A stretch of 64,000 nt of DNA from Bacteroidaceae bacterium (lineage in GTDB: Bacteria > Bacteroidota > Bacteroidia > Bacteroidales > Bacteroidaceae): contig JAGBTN010000018.1 in the NCBI GenBank assembly GCA_017631315.1, positions 95,941-159,940 on the forward strand, written 5' to 3'. Numbering within the stretch: position 1 is the stretch's first letter; the number at the start of each line of letters is the position of its first letter. Below are positions 36,512 through 46,256 of the stretch, piece by piece. The notes under the pieces are model-generated. The model had not been told where the DNA came from. It ran no database searches and saw nothing but the letters and a program-made list of their open reading frames with translations. A program made the translations under genes and the position numbers.

Positions 36512-38512
36512 ATGAAAAAGATCATTTTAGGTATGACAGCAGTATTGTCACTCATGGCATGCAGTGATGGCAGTCGCCAGAATCCATTCTTAACCGAATG
36601 GAACACACCTTACGGTATTCCTCCTTTTGCAGATATTCAGGTGGAGGACTACATTCCTGCTATTGAGGCAGGTATTGAACAGCAGAACAAGGAGATTGAT
36701 GAGATTGTTAGCAATCCGGAAAGTCCAACATTTGAGAATACGGTTGTTCCATTGGAATTGTCCGGCGAAATCTTGAGCAAGGTGTCGGGTGTCTTGTTTA
36801 ATGTTTCCGAGACAGATCGCACAGACGAGCTCGATTCTGTTATGGAGAAGGCTTTGCCGATGCTTACTGAGCACGGGGACAACATTTCATTCAACAAAGG
36901 TTTATATGAGCGAATTGCTAAGATTTACCGTGCCGACCAGAGTCAGCTCAACCGAGAACAGCAAATGGTGCTGAAGAAACGTTTTGAGGCTTTCGAACGT
37001 AATGGTATTGGTCTGCCAGAAGAGAAACAGGCTCGTCTGCGCGAAATTAATACGGAGATGGCTTCCAAGTCGCAGAAGTTGGGCAACAATATCCTTTCGG
37101 AGAGTAATGCTTTCAAGGAGAAGTTCGGCATCAGTGTCTCCGACTATCCCAATGCAATGACTACGACAGATGACCGTTCTCTGCGTCAGGAAATGCTTGA
37201 GGCCTACACCATGCGTGGTAACAACGGCAACGAATTCGACAATGGTCAGCTTGTTCTCGACATTATGCGTCTTCGTATTGAGAAGGCACAGATTATGGGT
37301 TACAAGACTCCTGCAGCCTACATCCTCGAACCTAAGATGGCTCACGATGCAGAGACTGTGGATGCTTTCCTTGCCGACATCATGAAGGCGGCGGTGGATA
37401 AGGCAAAGGGCGAGGTGTATGATATGCAGAAACTGATGGACGAGGACATTGCGGCTGGCAAACTTCCTGTTGGCAGCAAGATAGAGCCTTGGGACTGGTG
37501 GTATTATGCAGAGAAGGTGCGTAAGCAGAAGTATGATCTGAACGAGGAACTTACGAAGCCTTACTTCAAGCTAGAGAATGTATTGAAGGGCATTTTTATT
37601 GCAGCAAACACTCTTTATGGCTTGAATGTGGAGGAGTTGAAGGACGTGCCTTCGTACAACTCTGATGTTGTTACTACTTATAAGATTACTGATGCTGACG
37701 GCAGTCTGCTTGCCATCTTTACCACAGACTATCTGCCTCGTGCCAGCAAACGCGGTGGCGCATGGATGAACAATGTTCGCGACCAGTATGTGGATGCTGA
37801 AGGAAATATGGTTCGTCCCATTATCGTGAATGTGGGCAACCTTTCGGAATATCTTACCATTGACGAGGTAGGTACTGTCTTCCACGAGTTCGGTCATGCA
37901 TTGCATGGCTTGCTGTCGCAGTGTCATTATGCTTCTGTCAGTGGCACAAGCGTGGTGCGCGACTTTGTGGAGACCTTCTCTCAGTTCAACGAGAACTGGG
38001 CTTTCCAGCCGGAATTGTTGGCTCAATATGCCATCAATGACAAGGGTGAGGTTATTCCTGCCGAGTTGGTAGAGAAGATTAACAACTCCTTGAAGTTCAA
38101 TCAGGGCTTTATGACGACAGAGCTTTGTGCGGCTTCAATCCTCGATATGAAGTGGCACGAGTTGGAGAGTGTTGATGGTATTGACATCGAAGCCTTCGAG
38201 AAGAAGGTTTGTCAGGAGATGGGACTCATTCCGGAGATTGGCCCGCGCTATCGTACTACCTACTTCAACCATATCTTCTCCAGTGGCTACAGTGCTGGCT
38301 ATTATGGTTATCTTTGGGCTGAAGTGTTGGACAAGGACTTGTTCTCCATGTTCGAGGCTACCGGAAATGTATGGAATAAGGAGCTGGCAACCAAGTTCAG
38401 GCAGACTTTCCTGGAGAAGGGTGGCAGCGAAGAACCAATGAAGTTGTTCCAACAGTTTGCAGGACGTCTGCCGGACAATACGGCATTCTTGAAACGCCGT
38501 GGCTTGAAATAA
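36512..38512 (+). CDS. dcp: M3 family peptidyl-dipeptidase (Dcp-like)
   Basis: 666 aa with a lipoprotein-type signal (LSLMACSD) and the zinc motif HEFGHALH. Confidence 0.85.
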   Translation: MKKIILGMTAVLSLMACSDGSRQNPFLTEWNTPYGIPPFADIQVEDYIPAIEAGIEQQNKEIDEIVSNPESPTFENTVVPLELSGEILSKVSGVLFNVSETDRTDELDSVMEKALPMLTEHGDNISFNKGLYERIAKIYRADQSQLNREQQMVLKKRFEAFERNGIGLPEEKQARLREINTEMASKSQKLGNNILSESNAFKEKFGISVSDYPNAMTTTDDRSLRQEMLEAYTMRGNNGNEFDNGQLVLDIMRLRIEKAQIMGYKTPAAYILEPKMAHDAETVDAFLADIMKAAVDKAKGEVYDMQKLMDEDIAAGKLPVGSKIEPWDWWYYAEKVRKQKYDLNEELTKPYFKLENVLKGIFIAANTLYGLNVEELKDVPSYNSDVVTTYKITDADGSLLAIFTTDYLPRASKRGGAWMNNVRDQYVDAEGNMVRPIIVNVGNLSEYLTIDEVGTVFHEFGHALHGLLSQCHYASVSGTSVVRDFVETFSQFNENWAFQPELLAQYAINDKGEVIPAELVEKINNSLKFNQGFMTTELCAASILDMKWHELESVDGIDIEAFEKKVCQEMGLIPEIGPRYRTTYFNHIFSSGYSAGYYGYLWAEVLDKDLFSMFEATGNVWNKELATKFRQTFLEKGGSEEPMKLFQQFAGRLPDNTAFLKRRGLK

Positions 38513-38555
38513 GGACATAACACCTTCGTCTTCGAGACGGGGTCCTATTGTTACA

Positions 38556-38588
38556 GGGTTGGAGGACTGGTGCCTCCAGCCCTTTTTG
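38556..38588 (+). terminator. rho-independent terminator after dcp
   Basis: GGGTTGGAGG (38556-38565) pairs with CCTCCAGCCC (38573-38582), with one G-U. TTTTTG follows. Confidence 0.75.
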
Positions 38589-38824
38589 TTTGTCGTACTT
38601 GGCAACTTCTTATGACAAAAAGGCCCAAAGGATGCCACCTCCTTTCGCCGAAGGCAGAAAGTTTCTTTACGACAGATGTTTGCAGAATAAAGAAATAGGT
38701 CAAAGGATAATCTACATGTAATGTGCCTTACATTGTAGTCTCCTTTGACCTATATGATGTGCTCTATGTGTTTGATTATGAACCGCGTGTGCTTGTTTTG
38801 ATATTCTTGCACATTGGGCATTCA

Positions 38825-38911
38825 AACATCTACTGCCTAATTGGCCAACATCTACTGTTAAGTCGCCCCGAATGGTTAACCTATTTTGCCAATTAGGTTA
38901 ACCTGTTTGAC
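38825..38911. repeat. four-unit 21-23-bp phased array (family locus f)
   Basis: The units are AACATCTACTGCCTAATTGGCC, AACATCTACTGTTAAGTCGCCCC, GAATGGTTAACCTATTTTGCC and AATTAGGTTAACCTGTTTGAC. They share words with the loci at 56370 and 42803. Confidence 0.65.
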
Positions 38912-38972
38912 AGACTCTGCCCGCGGTGTTTGTTTCCGTGAAGCAGCAGACCTGTCTGCAAGGCGTCGCTGC

Positions 38973-39515
38973 TTAGTAGTTTTCGGCTTTAATCTGGAAG
39001 TAGCTCTTGGGGTGAACGCAAACGGGACACAGTTCGGGTGCCTTCTTGCCGATGACGATGTGGCCGCAGTTAGAGCATTGCCAGATAACGTCTCCGTCGC
39101 GAGAGAAAACGATGTCGCCTTCGATGTTGTTCAACAACTTGCGGTAGCGCTCTTCGTGATGCTTTTCGATGGCGCCTACCAACTCAAACTTTGCAGCAAT
39201 TTCGTCGAAGCCTTCTTCGCGAGCCTCTTTTGCCATACGGGCATACATGTCTGTCCATTCGTAGTTCTCGCCATTGGCAGCATCGGCAAGGTTTGCTTGT
39301 GTGTCGCTCACCTGACCGCCGTTCAAGTACTTGTACCACAACTTGGCGTGTTCTTTTTCGTTGGCAGCAGTTTCCTCGAAGAGGGCTGCAATCTGCACAT
39401 AACCATCCTTTTTTGCCTTTGATGCAAAGTATGTGTACTTATTACGTGCCATGCTCTCACCAGCAAAAGCCTCCTTGAGGTTCTGCTCGGTCTTGGTTCC
39501 TTTCAAATCTTTCAT
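38973..39515 (-). CDS. rbr: rubrerythrin
   Basis: 180 aa. The diiron ferritin-like domain ([21 protein letters not shown]) is followed by a C-terminal rubredoxin domain (CSNCGH...CPVC). Confidence 0.9.
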   Translation of the reverse strand: MKDLKGTKTEQNLKEAFAGESMARNKYTYFASKAKKDGYVQIAALFEETAANEKEHAKLWYKYLNGGQVSDTQANLADAANGENYEWTDMYARMAKEAREEGFDEIAAKFELVGAIEKHHEERYRKLLNNIEGDIVFSRDGDVIWQCSNCGHIVIGKKAPELCPVCVHPKSYFQIKAENY

Positions 39516-39542
39516 AGTCTTTTCTTTTAAAAATTAGCACTA

Positions 39543-39550
39543 CAAAGTTA
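39543..39550 (-). promoter_or_regulatory. -7 promoter box (TAACTTTG on minus strand) for rubrerythrin
   Basis: Plus strand CAAAGTTA, 28 nt upstream of the start at 39515. Confidence 0.6.
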
Positions 39551-39593
39551 CGAAAAAAATGTCATACAATACTACGAAGCACAGATATTTTTG

Positions 39594-39601
39594 TAATTTT
39601 G
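39594..39601 (+). promoter_or_regulatory. -7 promoter box TAATTTTG
   Basis: Matches TAnnTTTG, 8 nt before the ATG at 39610. That implies a leaderless or very short-leader mRNA. Confidence 0.45.
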
Positions 39602-39609
39602 CAGCAGAA

Positions 39610-40236
39610 ATGTCTTGCCTAAACAAAGAAAATATAGCCAGAAGCACCGGTGAGGTAGAGTATCACCCGTTGAAACCCTTCTTGCCGGCAGAGGCGAAGG
39701 TGCTGTTTCTCGGCAGCTTCCCACCTCAGCGAAAGCGTTGGTGCATAGACTTCTTCTATCCTAATTTCATCAACGACCATTGGCGCATCGAAGGACAGGT
39801 GTTCTTCGGCGACCGCAATCACTTTGTCCTTGAGGGGGGAAAGCGCTTCAAGCAGGATGAGATAGTGAGGCATTGTGAGGAGAAAGGCCTTGCCTTCTTC
39901 GATACGGCACAAGCAGTTCGTCGTCTTAAGGACAATGCTTCCGACAAATTTCTCGAAGTTGTTGAACCAACAGACATTGCCGCTTTGCTTGCACAACTGC
40001 CACACTTAAGGGCCATCGTTACTACAGGCGAGAAAGCAACCGAAACAATTTGTGCGACATTGCACATCGACGATTTGCCGAAAGTCAATACATCAGTCCC
40101 TATTTCTGCCCTCCATAATGCTGATGGCGAGCAGATATGCCTGTGGCGACTGCCTTCGTCATCTCGCGCATACCCTTTAGCCTTTGACAAAAAAGTAGAG
40201 GCATACCGCCGAATGTTTAGCCATATTGGGTTGTAA
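39610..40236 (+). CDS. uracil-DNA glycosylase superfamily protein (family 6 / hypoxanthine-DNA glycosylase-like)
   Basis: VLFLGSFPPQRKRWCIDFFYPNFINDHWRI resembles the UDG-superfamily motif A region. I chose the start at 39610 (MSCLNKE) because of the promoter box at 39594. The ORF track offers an alternative start at 39559. Confidence 0.6.
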   Translation: MSCLNKENIARSTGEVEYHPLKPFLPAEAKVLFLGSFPPQRKRWCIDFFYPNFINDHWRIEGQVFFGDRNHFVLEGGKRFKQDEIVRHCEEKGLAFFDTAQAVRRLKDNASDKFLEVVEPTDIAALLAQLPHLRAIVTTGEKATETICATLHIDDLPKVNTSVPISALHNADGEQICLWRLPSSSRAYPLAFDKKVEAYRRMFSHIGL

Positions 40237-40249
40237 TGTTGCCCAGCTC

Positions 40250-41506
40250 CTACAGACCTTTTATCCACTCTGCAATATCGCTCAGAACTTCCGCAGAAAT
40301 AGTTTCTTCTATCTGTCGGTACTCATTCGTGTTGCCAGTAGAACAGTGTTGGAAAAGATGGTTAAGCCCAGTGTATTCCTTCACGCGATTCATCTTTGTC
40401 TTAGGAAGAAGTTGCTCGATGGCCGTGAGGTTCTGCAGGGAGATTACCTGGCAATCACGATTGCCGTTAATGGCAAAGACCGGACAACGTGTAGATTTGA
40501 TGTCTGCAGACGGGTCATAATCAATAAACCATCGGAACCAGGGAGCCTTCAAAAGCTGTTCGTTCTTGCGAAGTTGCGCTATTGACGTTTTGGTTGGTAT
40601 TCCCATCAACTCTGCAACACGATTTTGCTGCATCACTAAGAGCGTATCACCCTTAACGCCCGGGCCTGCCATCGATACAATGAAGTCTGTCATACCTTTT
40701 GCTCCAAGGATGAAAGCAATGGCACCTCCTTCGCTATGTCCAATTAAACCAACTTTCGAGAAAGCCTTCATTCCTCGCAAGAACTTAAGACCTGCCGCTG
40801 CATCGCGAGAGAAATCTTCGGTTGTAGCACTGGCAACATCCCCGCCGACGGAAGCCCCTGTGGCACGATCGTCGTAGCGAAGTGATGCAATGCCTTGCCG
40901 AGCCATGTAGTCGGCAATGACGAGAAAGGGTTTATGCTCGAAGATTTCCTCGTCACGATTCTGTTGTCCGCTGCCTGTGACAAGGAGGACAACGGTGGGT
41001 TTCTTATGGCTTTTTGGGTCGTAACCTATGGGCCAGGTGAGTGTTCCGGCAAGTGTTGCGCCATCTTTATCGTTTCGGAATGTTACTTCTTCTGTTGTGT
41101 AGGGATATGGTTGCTGTGGTGTCTGGGGACGTTTCACTTGGGAGATACCTCTTGTTAATTCAAGTGGTGCGGAGAAACCCATTTGTGTGAATGTCCCGTC
41201 GAGCTTGCCTTCTTTGAGTCGGGCTGAATATGTAATGCCGAGTGCTTCTACTTTTACGGCCAACGAGTCGTCGCTGAGATATTCTTTCAGAACGGGTATT
41301 CCTTTCGCGCTTTGGTCCGGACTGTCCATCCGGACTATAGTATATCCGTCGGCTTGCTCTAGATGAAAGACTATTGTAAGTGCGGAGGAGCCGACTTTGA
41401 GCTTGCCTGACCACGAACCGATCAGGGCGGTGGTTGCCTGGACTTGTGCTTGTGCTGCGATTGCAGTGAAGGTCAGCAGAAGGGACAGTAGTTTTCGGAT
41501 GTTCAT
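40250..41506 (-). CDS. secreted alpha/beta hydrolase (serine hydrolase)
   Basis: 418 aa with a signal peptide MNIRKLLSLLLTFTAIAAQA and a nucleophile elbow GLIGHSEGG. Confidence 0.7.
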   Translation of the reverse strand: MNIRKLLSLLLTFTAIAAQAQVQATTALIGSWSGKLKVGSSALTIVFHLEQADGYTIVRMDSPDQSAKGIPVLKEYLSDDSLAVKVEALGITYSARLKEGKLDGTFTQMGFSAPLELTRGISQVKRPQTPQQPYPYTTEEVTFRNDKDGATLAGTLTWPIGYDPKSHKKPTVVLLVTGSGQQNRDEEIFEHKPFLVIADYMARQGIASLRYDDRATGASVGGDVASATTEDFSRDAAAGLKFLRGMKAFSKVGLIGHSEGGAIAFILGAKGMTDFIVSMAGPGVKGDTLLVMQQNRVAELMGIPTKTSIAQLRKNEQLLKAPWFRWFIDYDPSADIKSTRCPVFAINGNRDCQVISLQNLTAIEQLLPKTKMNRVKEYTGLNHLFQHCSTGNTNEYRQIEETISAEVLSDIAEWIKGL

Positions 41507-41548
41507 GACTTATGTGTTTGTTTATATGATGCTCTGTGTGACGGTGTT

Positions 41549-42055
41549 TTATAATGAGTGTAGTCTTTCGTTCAGCAGTTCCAATAGGTATTCCGGCTTT
41601 GTGTCTAATCCTGTGACGGTGATGGTGTCTTGTGCTTTTATTATGCAGGTGTCGGCGGAATGCATAATGCGCTTGATGATGTTGCTATTCGTTATTTCTT
41701 GTCTTCTTACATGACTTTTGTAGCGCACGGTTATGAATTTTGAGTCGCAGACGTTCTTTAGCGAGAAGGATTCTACGTCGGAAAAGTTTATTACCTTTGT
41801 TTCCGGGCTGTTAGTGATGAGGTACTTGTCGGTAATCGTCAGGAATGGCTGGTGTGTTAACCTTTCTTTCAGCATTGTGTATGCCATTACTATGGCGCAG
41901 AAGCCAAAGAAAAGAATGCTTGCCCAACCGGCTATCCATCCGAGCATGCTTTTGTGGATGTGGATGATGAGGATGCCTCCGCAGACAAGGAGGATGCTTG
42001 CTGTGATGAGGCAAAGCATCCTCCATGCGGAATGGTAGACTCGAACCTCTTTCAT
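41549..42055 (-). CDS. hypothetical membrane protein (two N-terminal TM helices plus a PH-like soluble domain)
   Basis: 168 aa with hydrophobic segments LCLITASILLVCGGILIIHI and WIAGWASILFFGFCAIVMAY. I am not confident of any family. Confidence 0.5.
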   Translation of the reverse strand: MKEVRVYHSAWRMLCLITASILLVCGGILIIHIHKSMLGWIAGWASILFFGFCAIVMAYTMLKERLTHQPFLTITDKYLITNSPETKVINFSDVESFSLKNVCDSKFITVRYKSHVRRQEITNSNIIKRIMHSADTCIIKAQDTITVTGLDTKPEYLLELLNERLHSL

Positions 42056-42064
42056 GCCTGAGTG

Positions 42065-42658
42065 TTATGTGGTTTGCTGGTATCTTTTTTCGATGGTGTT
42101 CCAGTCGATGATTTGCCACAATGCTGCAAGATGATCGGGGCGTCGGTTTTGGAAGTCGAGGTAGTAGGCGTGTTCCCAGACGTCGAAGGTCAGTAGGGGA
42201 GTGAGACCTTGCTGTATGGGGTTGGCTGCGTTTGCCTCTTGTGTGATGACGAGTTTGCCGTCTTTGTCGGCAGAAAGCCAAACCCATCCGCTGCCGAAGA
42301 GTGTTGCCCCTTTCTTCTGGAACTCCTCCTTGAAGGCTTCGAAAGAGCCGAAGTCGCGGTCGATGGCTTCGCCCAAGGCATTTGCAGGCTTTGTCTGCGT
42401 GGGTTTGCCAGTGAACTGTGAGAAGTAAAGTTCGTGGTTCAGGATTTGACCGGCATTGTTTAGCAAGCCACCACTTGCTTTGCAAACGATTTCTTCGAGT
42501 GTGGCATCCTCAAAATCGCTGCCGGGAAGAAGTCCGTTAAGGTTGTTGACATAAGCTGCCAGGTGTTTGCCGTGGTGGAAACTGATAGTGTTGCGGCTGA
42601 TTACTGGCTCCAGAGCATTTGCCTCGTAGGGCAGTGCCATCAATTCATAGGTCTTCAT
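42065..42658 (-). CDS. sod: Fe/Mn superoxide dismutase
   Basis: I take the start at the internal Met MKTYELMALPYEANALEPVIS. FHHGKHLAAYVNNLN and DVWEHAYYLDFQNRRPDH are canonical. Confidence 0.9.
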   Translation of the reverse strand: MKTYELMALPYEANALEPVISRNTISFHHGKHLAAYVNNLNGLLPGSDFEDATLEEIVCKASGGLLNNAGQILNHELYFSQFTGKPTQTKPANALGEAIDRDFGSFEAFKEEFQKKGATLFGSGWVWLSADKDGKLVITQEANAANPIQQGLTPLLTFDVWEHAYYLDFQNRRPDHLAALWQIIDWNTIEKRYQQTT

Positions 42659-42691
42659 AATTTCTCCTTTCTTTATGTGGTTTTGGCTCTG

Positions 42692-42699
42692 CAAATATA
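42692..42699 (-). promoter_or_regulatory. -7 promoter box (TATATTTG on minus strand) for sod
   Basis: Plus strand CAAATATA, 34 nt upstream of the start at 42658. Confidence 0.55.
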
Positions 42700-42802
42700 G
42701 CGAAATAAAAACACGTGAATAGGAGAAGGACAACTATTTTTCTCGAAGATATGAAAAATAATGTAGTGCGAGAGAATTTCCATGCAGGGATGCTCCAAAA
42801 CA

Positions 42803-42880
42803 TGGCACGTTAAGTTTGCCAAATAGGTTAACCTAATTGCCTCGAAAGGTTAACCATTCTTTGCGGAAAGGTTAACCTGT
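42803..42880. repeat. 22-bp phased array with GTTAAG/GGTTAACC cores (family locus g)
   Basis: Cores start at 42809, 42827, 42849 and 42871 (spacing 18, 22, 22). Confidence 0.65.
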
Positions 42881-42905
42881 TTTTTATGATAACAATGGGG
42901 AGAGA

Positions 42906-44639
42906 TTATTTCTCCAGAATCTTGCGGGCCTTGGCGAGAGCGACATCGATGTGGTCGCAAATGTGGTCGCTCTCCATGAGGTCGTAGAATCGAGCTTTCA
43001 AGAGCTGGCTGTGTACCTTCTTGTTAACACCGGAAAGAATGACGTGGATGCCTTCAGCGTGATTCATCTCGATGAGTGTCTGCAGATTATGTATGCCTGT
43101 AGAATCGATGAAGGGCACTTTTCTCATCCGGATGATGCGCACTTTCGGACGTTCACGACCGCTGTTTGCCATAAGGTCGTCAAACTTGTTGGCAACACCA
43201 AAGAAGAATGGGCCGTTAATCTCATAAACTGTGCAGCCCTGGGGTATCGTCAAATGCTCCTCGTTCACCGAAATGTCCGAAACATCTCCCAAGTCGATTT
43301 CGTCCTTGATAACAGAGATTTCAGTTGTCTCCATGATGCGCTTCATAAAGAGGGCGCAGGCAAGAATAAGACCAACCTCGATGGCGATGGTGAGGTCGAA
43401 GACAACAGTCAGGAAGAACGTCACGCCAAGAACAATCACGTCGCTCTTCGGATTCTTGAACAAGCCCTTGACTGTTCGCCAACCGCTCATGTTGTATGCA
43501 ACAATGACCAATACCGCCGCAAGCGACGCCATGGGGATATATTCGGCATAAGGCATCAGCAAAAGCAGAATGGCCAGCAGGACAATGGCATGGATGATGC
43601 CTGCAACAGGCGTGCGGCCACCATTGTTGATGTTCGTCATCGTGCGGGCAATGGCTCCCGTGGCAGGGATGCCGCCAAAGAGTGGCGTAACCATGTTTGC
43701 CACACCCTGCGCAATGAGTTCCATGTTCGAGTCATGCTTGTCGCTGATAACGCCATCGGCTACTGCCGCCGACAACAGGCTCTCTATGGCTCCGAGAATG
43801 GCTATGGTGAAGGCAACCGGCATGAGTTTCTGGATAAGTTCAAAGGTAATGCTCGGAACAACCATCTCCGGCAGTTGTGCCTGAATTTGAAAACGGTCGC
43901 CAATCGTGTCGATTCCCTCAATGCCATACTGCTTCATAATGATGACAGCAATGGTTCCGAGCAGGATGCCATAAAGCGAACCGGGGATTTTGTTGAGGCC
44001 CGAAACCTTTTTCAATGCTTTAGGCAAGAAAATGATAACCAGCAGAGAACCAATGGCAACGATGAAATTCCAGAGGTTGAACGTCCCGATGTTCTGGGCA
44101 TAGCAAATCCATTTCCCGATAAAATCACCGGGCGTCTTCAGAGGAACACGTATTACTTCACCGGTGTTGCTTATCGCAGTTTGCGTCAAACCGAGAATAT
44201 CGCTGATTTGCGTCGTGAAGATGGTCAGCGCAATGCCTGCCGTGAAACCTATAATAATAGGATAAGGAATGAACTTAATAATAACACCCAGGCGGAAAGC
44301 GCCAAGAGCAATGAGGATGACACCAGCCAGGATGGTGGCAATGAGCAGACCCTGCAAACCATATTCTGGGTTGTTGACAATGCCATAGATGATGACAATG
44401 AAGGCACCGGTAGGACCACCAATCTGTACTTTGCTGCCTCCAAGCAACGAGATGAGGAAGCCTGCCACAATAGCAGTAATGATACCTTTCTCGGGAGTTA
44501 CGCCGCTGGCAATGCCGAAGGCAATGGCTAATGGTAAGGCAACAATGCCCACAATAATGCCTGCCATCAGGTCTTTCATGAACAATCCCTCATTGTAATT
44601 CTTCAAACAACTGATGATTCTTGGAGTCATTCCTTTCAT
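42906..44639 (-). CDS. SulP family inorganic anion transporter with C-terminal STAS domain
   Basis: I take the start at MKGMTPRIIS (44639). The upstream extension in the ORF track is just a translation of the heptamer repeat. The protein is polytopic, with a STAS-like C-terminus (VRIIRMRKVPFIDSTGIHNLQTL). Confidence 0.85.
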   Translation of the reverse strand: MKGMTPRIISCLKNYNEGLFMKDLMAGIIVGIVALPLAIAFGIASGVTPEKGIITAIVAGFLISLLGGSKVQIGGPTGAFIVIIYGIVNNPEYGLQGLLIATILAGVILIALGAFRLGVIIKFIPYPIIIGFTAGIALTIFTTQISDILGLTQTAISNTGEVIRVPLKTPGDFIGKWICYAQNIGTFNLWNFIVAIGSLLVIIFLPKALKKVSGLNKIPGSLYGILLGTIAVIIMKQYGIEGIDTIGDRFQIQAQLPEMVVPSITFELIQKLMPVAFTIAILGAIESLLSAAVADGVISDKHDSNMELIAQGVANMVTPLFGGIPATGAIARTMTNINNGGRTPVAGIIHAIVLLAILLLLMPYAEYIPMASLAAVLVIVAYNMSGWRTVKGLFKNPKSDVIVLGVTFFLTVVFDLTIAIEVGLILACALFMKRIMETTEISVIKDEIDLGDVSDISVNEEHLTIPQGCTVYEINGPFFFGVANKFDDLMANSGRERPKVRIIRMRKVPFIDSTGIHNLQTLIEMNHAEGIHVILSGVNKKVHSQLLKARFYDLMESDHICDHIDVALAKARKILEK

Positions 44640-44658
44640 GTCTTTTACTTTAATGCTG

Positions 44659-44666
44659 CAAAAGTA
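44659..44666 (-). promoter_or_regulatory. -7 promoter box (TACTTTTG on minus strand) for sulP
   Basis: Plus strand CAAAAGTA, 20 nt upstream of the start at 44639. Confidence 0.55.
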
Positions 44667-44672
44667 CAACAA

Positions 44673-44700
44673 ATTGAACATTGAACATTGAACATTGAAC
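44673..44700. repeat. perfect tandem heptamer array (ATTGAAC)x4
   Basis: Units lie at 44673, 44680, 44687 and 44694, between the divergent sulP and POT promoter boxes. Confidence 0.9.
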
Positions 44701-44709
44701 AATTTTTTA

Positions 44710-44717
44710 TAACTTTG
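44710..44717 (+). promoter_or_regulatory. -7 promoter box TAACTTTG for the POT-NhaC-GH32 operon
   Basis: Matches TAnnTTTG, 33 nt upstream of the ATG at 44750. Confidence 0.6.
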
Positions 44718-44749
44718 TCGGCAAATTATTAACTTAAATCAACTTAAAT

Positions 44750-46255
44750 ATGTTTGAAGGACAACCCAAAGGTTTATGGACTCTCGCTTTGGCTAATACA
44801 GGTGAGCGCTTCGGATACTACACGATGCTCGCTGTTTTTGCGCTATTCCTTGGCGAGAATTTTGGATTCGATGCTGGTACAGCAAGCGAGATTTACACAT
44901 GGTTTTTAACGGCAGTTTATTTCTTGCCCCTTGTCGGAGGTATGGCAGCCGATCGTTGGGGCTATAGTAAGATGGTCGTTATCGGCATCATGATCATGTT
45001 CCTTGGCTATTTGTTGCTCTCTGTACCTCTTGGCGGTGGCACAGTTGCAATTGCCGCTATGGGAGCAGCACTGTTGCTGGTTAGCCTCGGCACAGGACTC
45101 TTCAAAGGTAATCTGCAAGTGATGGTGGGCGATCTCTATAATGCCCCGGAATATGCAGACAAGCGCGATTCAGGTTTCTCACTTTTCTATATGGCAATCA
45201 ACGTTGGCGCCTTATTTGCTCCGACGGCAGCCATTGGCATTATGAACTGGGCACAAACATCGCTTGGATATAGCAAGGCGGACTCTTATCATTTTGCTTT
45301 TGCTGTAGCATGCGTGTCTGTCATCGTCTCTATCCTAATATATTTCTTCGGTAAGAGCACTTACAAACAGGTATTGACAGTGAAGAAAGATAAGGTTTCT
45401 GCAGCACAAGAGAAAGTTGAAGATATGTCTCCCGCAGAAACGCGTGAGCGTATTGTATGTCTGTGTCTGGTGTTTGCCGTTGTCATCTTCTTCTGGATGG
45501 CGTTCCATCAGAACGGTTTGACGCTGACATGGTTTGCCGATGAGTTTACCGCACGCTCTGCAACTGGTGTTACTGGCATGACCTTCAATGTGATGAACCT
45601 CATCTGGTGCATCTTTATCGTGTATGGAATCTGCGGCTTGTTTAGTGGAGGAAGTTCAAAGGGCAAAATGATAAATGCTTTACTCGTTCTTGTTCCTGCA
45701 GCAATTTTAGGTTATAATTACGTAAAGACATCTGGCGATGTAGTAACAGTGGATGCACCTATCTTCCAACAATTCAATCCTTGTTTCGTTGTTGCGCTGA
45801 CACCAATCAGCATAGCACTCTTCAGCTGGCTTGGCAAGAAGGGAAAAGAGCCTAAAGCACCAGTAAAGATTGGTTTGGGTATGCTTGTGGCGGCATGTGC
45901 CTATGTACTTATGATGGTTTGCAGCTTTGGCTTGCCAGCAACAAATCATCCTAATCATGTCTATGATTTCAACCCCAATCTTCTTATCAGCACTTATCTC
46001 ATCCTGACTTTTGCAGAGTTGTTGCTTTCGCCCATAGGTATTTCGTTTGTTACGAAAGTTGCTCCTCCAAAGTATAAGGGCATGATGATGGGTGGCTGGT
46101 TCGTGGCAACGGCTTTAGGCAATAAGCTCGTTAGTATTCCCGGTCATATGTGGGATATGCCGCTTTACATTGTTTGGGGTACATTGATGGGCATTTGTCT
46201 GCTTGCTGCTCTCTTTATTTTCTCTATCATTAAGAAGCTCAATAAGGTTGCTTAA
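44750..46255 (+). CDS. POT/PTR2 family peptide:H+ symporter (DtpT-like MFS)
   Basis: 501 aa. The N-terminal GLWTLALANTGERFGYYTMLAVFALFL is the POT signature ExxERFxYY region. Confidence 0.85.
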   Translation: MFEGQPKGLWTLALANTGERFGYYTMLAVFALFLGENFGFDAGTASEIYTWFLTAVYFLPLVGGMAADRWGYSKMVVIGIMIMFLGYLLLSVPLGGGTVAIAAMGAALLLVSLGTGLFKGNLQVMVGDLYNAPEYADKRDSGFSLFYMAINVGALFAPTAAIGIMNWAQTSLGYSKADSYHFAFAVACVSVIVSILIYFFGKSTYKQVLTVKKDKVSAAQEKVEDMSPAETRERIVCLCLVFAVVIFFWMAFHQNGLTLTWFADEFTARSATGVTGMTFNVMNLIWCIFIVYGICGLFSGGSSKGKMINALLVLVPAAILGYNYVKTSGDVVTVDAPIFQQFNPCFVVALTPISIALFSWLGKKGKEPKAPVKIGLGMLVAACAYVLMMVCSFGLPATNHPNHVYDFNPNLLISTYLILTFAELLLSPIGISFVTKVAPPKYKGMMMGGWFVATALGNKLVSIPGHMWDMPLYIVWGTLMGICLLAALFIFSIIKKLNKVA

Positions 46256-46256
46256 G

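Noticed and set aside
39559-39609. Longer N-terminus (MSYNTTKHRYFCNFAAE) for the UDG-family gene
   Set aside because: The TAATTTTG promoter box lies inside this extension (39594-39601), so the Met at 39610 is more likely. This is not fully excluded.
42951-44531. 526-aa ORF on the plus strand
   Set aside because: It is antisense to the SulP transporter gene. It is a shadow ORF with no recognisable domain.
44640-44702. N-terminal extension MFNVQCSMFNLLYFCSIKVKD on the SulP ORF
   Set aside because: The extension is the heptamer array read as protein and contains the sulP -7 promoter box. The real start is the Met at 44639.
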